Shown piece by piece: positions 8,406 to 13,254 of a DNA stretch of 13,254 nt. Below the pieces are notes generated by a model. It was not told where the DNA came from, made no database searches, and saw only the letters and a list, made by a program, of their open reading frames with translations. Position 1 is the first letter of the stretch. The number at the start of each line of letters is the position of its first letter. Source of the stretch: Ramazzottius varieornatus (taxonomy: Eukaryota > Animalia > Tardigrada); assembly GCA_001949185.1 (NCBI GenBank), contig BDGG01000010.1, forward strand, positions 1 to 13,254, written 5' to 3'. The position numbers and the translations under genes were made by a program.

Positions 8406-9500
8406 TTATGTCTGTCAGTATGACTTTGCGGGTTTTCTTCCGATAATTTCGAAGACCATTTCCGAATTCAGATCTTTACTTTTTCAATCGAAATCATCAC
8501 CTCTACTATCGACACACTTCTGCCACTTTTCTAGTAGCATTTCCAGACCTCTGCGGCAGAAGTCGGGAGGAAGAGAAGCGAGAAAGGCTTCAGAGGAAGA
8601 TTTGAGTTCCTCTCCGGAATTAAAGTTTTTAACTCGTAAGAAGTTGCCTGAACTCAAGAAGAAGTGGTAGTCCGATGGAGCTAAACCAGGGCTTTACGGA
8701 GGATGATCGAAAGGCTCAATGTCCAGCTCTTTGATTTTTGTGGAGGTCATTTTCGCGGAATGAGGATTTGCATCATCCTGCAGCAAGACGATCCCATCTC
8801 GGTTGACCAATTTCGGCTGTTTCTCCGCTAGCTTTTCCTTCATTCTTTCCCTACCCCGACAGTAGTAATTGGCGTTGATATTTGTGGTCGGTGGAAGAAG
8901 ACTGTAATGCACGACTCCCTGAGTAGTCCACCACGCCGTGATTATGATCTTCTGATGAAGCTCTAGCTTTGGGCAGTGACGCCCAGGTTCTCCTGGACTC
9001 AAATACTGAAACTTACGTTTATGATTATCGTACAGGATTCACTTCTTATCTACAGTAGCAATCCAGTCCAGGAAAGGCTCTTCCTTGAGACGCTCGAGGT
9101 TGCGAACACACGCACCGAAACGCTTCTTTTTTTTGTTCTGCGCTAAGTAAGTGGGGTACCCACTTTTCGAGTTTTCTCACCTTCCCAATCTGACGAATGT
9201 GCTCCATTATTGTAGCGTGAGAAACACCAAAGTGTTCCGCAAGATCATTGGAAGTTTCAGAAGGATTAGGTTCCACCAGAGTTTTCAGCTCATCATTGCC
9301 ACTTTCGTTTTCGGTCTTCCGGGGGGATGATCTTCTAGGCTGAAATCTCCCGAACGAAAACGTTGAAACCAAAACTAAGCCGTGTGTTCGGTGGTTGAAT
9401 CCTCGCCGTACGCAGCGTTGATATTCCGAACAGCTTGAGCAGCGGTGGTGCCGCGTAAAGATTCATACTCCGAAATGACCCGAACTTTGCTGTTTTCCAT
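8406..9500 (-). mobile_element. Decayed mariner element; one TIR recognisable
   Basis: TTATGTCTGTCAGTATGACTTTGCGGGTTTT at 8406-8436 lies about 50 bp past the transposase stop and resembles mariner TIRs. No matching 5' TIR was found to the right of 9500. Confidence 0.7.
8484..9500 (-). pseudogene. Mariner DD34D transposase pseudogene
   Basis: From the ATG at 9500: MENSKVRVISEYESLRGTTAAQAVRNINAAYG..WFQRFRSGDFSLED..GRP, KLEKWVPHLL, IATVDKK*ILYDN, LLQDDANPH..HPP*SPGLAPSDYHFF..KWQKCVDSRGDDFD* (TGA at 8484-8486). WVPHxL and (Y)SPxLAPSD are mariner signatures, and 34 residues separate the second and third Asp. It has three in-frame stops and frameshifts near 9300 and 9125. Confidence 0.95.
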
Positions 9501-9516
9501 CTTTACGAGGGAAAGG

Positions 9517-9811
9517 TTGTAAAGTTAGCCGCCCCATACCGGGTTTGTAAAGTTAGCCGCCTAAGTTTGCCTGTCTCTACTACTCAATCCCAAACTTCCA
9601 AGAATAGATCTATAGATAAAGCAATGAGCTGTCGAATAGTATTCAACACAGTCAACGCGAAGAGACCGAGAATCCAAGAGATCCGCAATTAAAAGAACGT
9701 TAAAATCTCATGTTAAAAAGCCAAGACTAACAATCAAATAGTCAATCAAGCGACAGTCGCTACAGCCGTGGCTAACTTTACAAACCCGGTATGGGGTGGC
9801 TAAGTTGACGA
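9517..9811. repeat. Inverted-repeat pair with internal direct repeats (transposon-end-like)
   Basis: 9525-9558 (TTAGCCGCCCCATACCGGGTTTGTAAAGTTAGCC) matches the reverse complement of 9770-9803 at 33/34 positions. The left arm contains the 17-mer TTGTAAAGTTAGCCGCC twice (9517, 9545). Confidence 0.8.
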
Positions 9812-11143
9812 CGTTTTTTCGCACAAAGCAAGATTACTCATCACTAATTCCTATTTTGAGTACACTTTTCGAATAAACTTCAACCATAAACAGAAAAAAA
9901 CAAAAAAAGCACATCAGGTTAACAAAAATGACTAACCAACTCACAGATACCGCTACCAACAAAAAACTGCGAGTTCAGCCACTAACAATATGCTAGAATA
10001 TTTCGTTGCTCACACTCAGAACGTAAAAGGGTTCCTCGAGCACACGGAAAAAAGAGAAAGTTCCCGAAACAGATGCAGCGTTGCCACGTTGAATATCAAT
10101 GCTAACTCGCTGACGAAAAACCTGAATGGATATCCTTCCTCCGGTATGACTTGGGCGGATTTCATGTTTAAGTATATTGTCTTACGACATTACCCAGATA
10201 AGACTTGTGCACATCACGCACCGCAGCTCGTAAGGATTCTTGTTTACACCACACGTTATTACTGATCGCTTCTCGAAGAAGAATGATTACAACGAAATCC
10301 TGAGTGGCACATTGACATTCCGGAACAGTCACGTGACCACTTCTCGAAGCTAAACATCAAGTCGTGTTCACGTGCGGCATGTTACGTGCCATACAGGACA
10401 CTTCGGCCGTACTGAACAAGATAACAGGTACTCCGAGAATTATAGGGTTCTATTCAGTAATGACGGGTCAGCGTTGCTACAAAGACCCAAACACGTCCAT
10501 GCGGAAGCTTTTAAACGGTTGCAATTCATGAACCTCATGCATCATGTCATCGTACACCAGACATTCCTCGGTCGGTACGGTATAATTTCCGAACATGGGT
10601 TCAACTTCACACATATGATGGTAGCTCGTACAAATGGCGATAGTGCAACTTCGCAACCCTCAGTTCGGGACTTCCATGCTGTTTCGATACGAGACCAGTT
10701 TGGGACATACGCTAGAGACAGCCATGCCGTTGGAAAAGCCTAATGTGTAAAACAGCTAGGGAATGGCAATGTTGAGCGTAACGCCACGCCTTGAACCGAT
10801 GTGTCAGCCGTATACGTACCTTGTACCCACTGAGCCGTTCCGTAGGCGGTATCGAACTTGCTCGACTTAACCGAACCGACTACGCGCCGGTGGTCACATG
10901 ACGGGCACTACATACGGGCACCAAGTTTTTTACACATTGGCTATTGCGCAGCGGCATGGCTGGTTGGAGGACGTCACGGTCAGGCCAAGCATACTCAGCA
11001 GACGAGATACTACGCTTGAAAGTTTTCTGGAATCCAAATTTTGGATCGATTTTGCGCGTAAGGTCAAAAGGTGGCGTGGTAAGGGCTCCTCTGGCACGTC
11101 AGTGGATATACCCTTGCCGCAGGCCGTACTTTGCTGCGGGCCG

Positions 11144-11848
11144 TAGACCTGAGGATGGTGTGATTATACCACACCACACCGAAAAAAACCACTCTTTTTG
11201 GTTTCGGTGTGCTTGGAACACCAAATCGAAAAATTGGTGTCCGAGTCACACCGAATTTGCCGTTTCGGTGTCTAGGAACAGCACATCACACCAAACCGAA
11301 AAACTTTTGGTGCACCAGATTTAATGAGCTAGTCAGCTAGCTTGGGCTAGATGAGTATCGCAAACTCGCTGTTTCGCCCCGTGGTTGATTCGATTAACTG
11401 TTGATTGTTTAAGCTGCGAAAATTTACCTGTGTGGAATGTTTTCTTCCGAATTCGTCTGTATTACATCTTGCCATCTTTCGACGGTTCTGTTCGTTCTTT
11501 CTGAATTCAGATGGTTTTCGCGTGCTGGTAAGGTCGTTACCAAGCCTAGAAGTTCACTAGATAGTACGACCGTGCAAGTTTCGATGTGTTTGAAATCTTG
11601 GTATTTTTTTGAGTTTCCTACAGCGCAGTTCGATTTGTCGATGACCGATTAATAAATTGTGAATTCGCTCTTTGAAACTTTTTTCGGTTTTTCGATTTGG
11701 TTTGGTGTGGTGCACCGAAAGAGTGGTGTCCGATCCACACCACACCAGAAAAAGCGGTGTGGCTTTCGCACCGTTAAACCAGTTTCGGTGTGGAGAAGCA
11801 CCGAACCGAAAAACACCACACCACTTAATCACACTTTTCTCAGGTCTA
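11144..11848. mobile_element. 705-bp non-autonomous hAT element
   Basis: 23-bp TIRs TAGACCTGAGGATGGTGTGATTA and TAATCACACTTTTCTCAGGTCTA (3 mismatches), with a perfect 8-bp TSD GCGGGCCG at 11136-11143 and 11849-11856. Subterminal arrays of CACACC/ACCGAA motifs occur in both orientations at each end. No transposase inside. Confidence 0.93.
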
Positions 11849-11942
11849 GCGGGCCGTGTGGTCGCACGGTGAGACCCGCTGTGTCACATCGTTTTGCGGT
11901 TACGGATCAAACCTCCCGATTGATACAAGAGGGGTAATTTTG

Positions 11943-12151
11943 GCTAGAATCATATGCGTAAAAGTTCTGATTATGAAACAGTGTTTTGGTCTGAATACAC
12001 CTAGAAAGTATGATTTTACAAGGCAAGAACCATGAAATTGGTAAGAAAGAATGGTTTTAGTCTGCTTCCACCTAGTTTCCACCTAGTATCCGACCATATT
12101 CCGACCGGAACACTGTTTCATAATCAGACCTGTTACGCATACGATTCTAGC
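11943..12151. mobile_element. MITE-like element with 55-bp inverted arms
   Basis: 11943-11997 (GCTAGAATCATATGCGTAAAAGTTCTGATTATGAAACAGTGTTTTGGTCTGAATA) matches the reverse complement of 12097-12151 with 6 mismatches. True ends and TSD are not resolved. Confidence 0.75.
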
Positions 12152-12628
12152 ACGCTGCGAACTTTCTGACCCTTGTTTCCCATAGGGCCTACCGGGAGAA
12201 AAGTCTCGACAATCGGGACCGCGCATGTGACGTTGCAACGTTGTAACGCATGTAACGCTTTCAAGGCGGCCTTCAACCGGCAGCCCGGATCAGCGAATAT
12301 CTTCGAGCTCCATTCCGTAAGGCTTGCGGTTTGACGGTTCGTCGCTGAAATTTTTCCGAACTGGACAAGAGATCTCTGGGCCTACAGTTGGAACTGTTTC
12401 CGTACGAGACTTTTCTTTCGTTGTAAATGTTAGCATATTCAGTTATCTGGTAGTTTGGAATCGTTTCGAACAAGTGGCCACAAATGCTGAGCGCAGTGCT
12501 GTTTTTTTTCCGGCCGCACACTAAGTGTAACAAAAAAGTCAAAAACAACATTGCATTACGCAATGATGCTATAAAACACATCACCATTTTAACGGCTGAA
12601 TGGCGAGAACTTTTTTAGACCGCTCAGA

Positions 12629-13254
12629 ATGTGTAAGTCACGTTTTTACCTGCGGCAGGAGGCATTCAAAGCGAGCCGTTACACAGCTTTTCTGACTGGA
12701 CGGAAAAATTTCCAGGACGTACCCACTGATGAAAGTGCGGGATTGGTTTGATTTGTGTTCTTTGCAGGTTTCCTTAAGTACGGCGGAAGTGGTAGACGCC
12801 CCTGCTTGTTGGACACATTCAACGACACCTATCGGTATTTGGAGTACGTGCCTGTGTTTCAGCTCGTTCAGAATAAGAATTGCGAGCTCTGTATGATATT
12901 GCAGGTTTAAATCGAGCGCTGGACCAACAATCACTTCCTCCAGCATCCAGCAAAATCAGAGCGGAAACTACGGCGGCGTAAGTCATGCTCTGCCTTTTGC
13001 TTGCTTGTTTATTAACCACACAAGGCCTACAAGCCTTCATTTCCGCCGTCTTGCTTGCCAGGCTCTGCTCACGTCAGTCCTACGCCTATGGCACTTTTCC
13101 GCCTGCTCAAGTTTCTTTAGGTCCTACGCATATTGCCGTCTACGTTCGATTCTAACTTCCGATTCTTTTTTTCTTTGCAGCCATACGGCGGATTTGACTC
13201 GCAGTCCCAGCCATACGGCGGATTTGACTCGCAGTCCCAGCCATACGGCGGATT
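12629..13254 (+). CDS. Spliced gene of unknown function encoding a low-complexity G/Y/Q/S-rich repeat protein (partial)
   Basis: Splice signals: donor GTAAGT at 12633, acceptor TTCTTTGCAG at 12767, intron 12844-12904 (GTACGT..TTGCAG, 61 bp), donor GTAAGT at 12978, and a strong branch/acceptor CTAAC..TTTTTTTCTTTGCAG at 13180. The best model reads MCFLKYGGSGRRPCLLDTFNDTYRYLEFKSSAGPTITSSSIQQNQSGNYGG-(SYAYGTFPPAQ)-PYGGFDSQSQPYGGFDSQSQPYGG. The start codon and the exon between 13025 and 13110 are uncertain. Confidence 0.55.
13178..13254 (+). repeat. Perfect 30-bp tandem repeat (CAGCCATACGGCGGATTTGACTCGCAGTCC), at least 2.5 units, runs off the window edge
   Basis: Identical units begin at 13178, 13208 and 13238. 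Confidence 0.95.

Noticed and set aside
9990-10265. 91-aa plus-strand ORF with a possible donor GTAAGG near its end
   Set aside because: No recognisable domain, and the spliced continuation I tried hits a stop within about 25 codons.
11155-11830. Repeated CACACC/ACCGAA motifs that might suggest a CRISPR-like or regulatory array, plus the ORFs across them
   Set aside because: The motifs are short, irregularly spaced and in both orientations inside TIRs with an 8-bp TSD, so they are hAT subterminal repeats. The context is eukaryotic with no cas genes.
12768-12815. FLKYGGSGRRPCLLD, resembling the PKA-inhibitor pseudosubstrate motif (GRTGRRNA)
   Set aside because: The upstream Arg and the RRNA-hydrophobic pattern are not matched, so the similarity is too weak.
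12273-13040. Minus-strand ORFs 12273-12587, 12638-12946 and 12819-13040
   Set aside because: Splice signals in this region are on the plus strand, and these ORFs have no recognisable features.

Overview
Eukaryotic (invertebrate) genomic DNA with short 60-80 bp GT-AG introns. The divergent NRxWA-type GPCR and the intron sizes suggest a tardigrade, but that is inference only. Left to right: the 5' part of a spliced tectonic (ciliary transition-zone) gene on the minus strand; a decayed, internally deleted Helitron just upstream and divergent from it; an intronless class A GPCR disrupted by one stop and one frameshift; a transposon-dense block (about 6.2-12.2 kb); and the 5' part of a plus-strand spliced gene that runs into a perfect 30-bp repeat probably encoding QPYGGFDSQS. 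The transposon block holds two inverted copies of a TA-flanked 165-bp MITE, two foldback elements, a second Helitron-type 3' end, a dead DD34D mariner, an inverted-repeat pair, a 705-bp non-autonomous hAT with an 8-bp TSD, and another MITE. I found no RNA genes or CRISPR arrays and cannot support a wholly new biological system. The best leads are the conserved non-canonical CTTG-ending rolling-circle terminus, the nested inverted-repeat block, and the unrecognised Y/G/Q/S-rich repeat protein.
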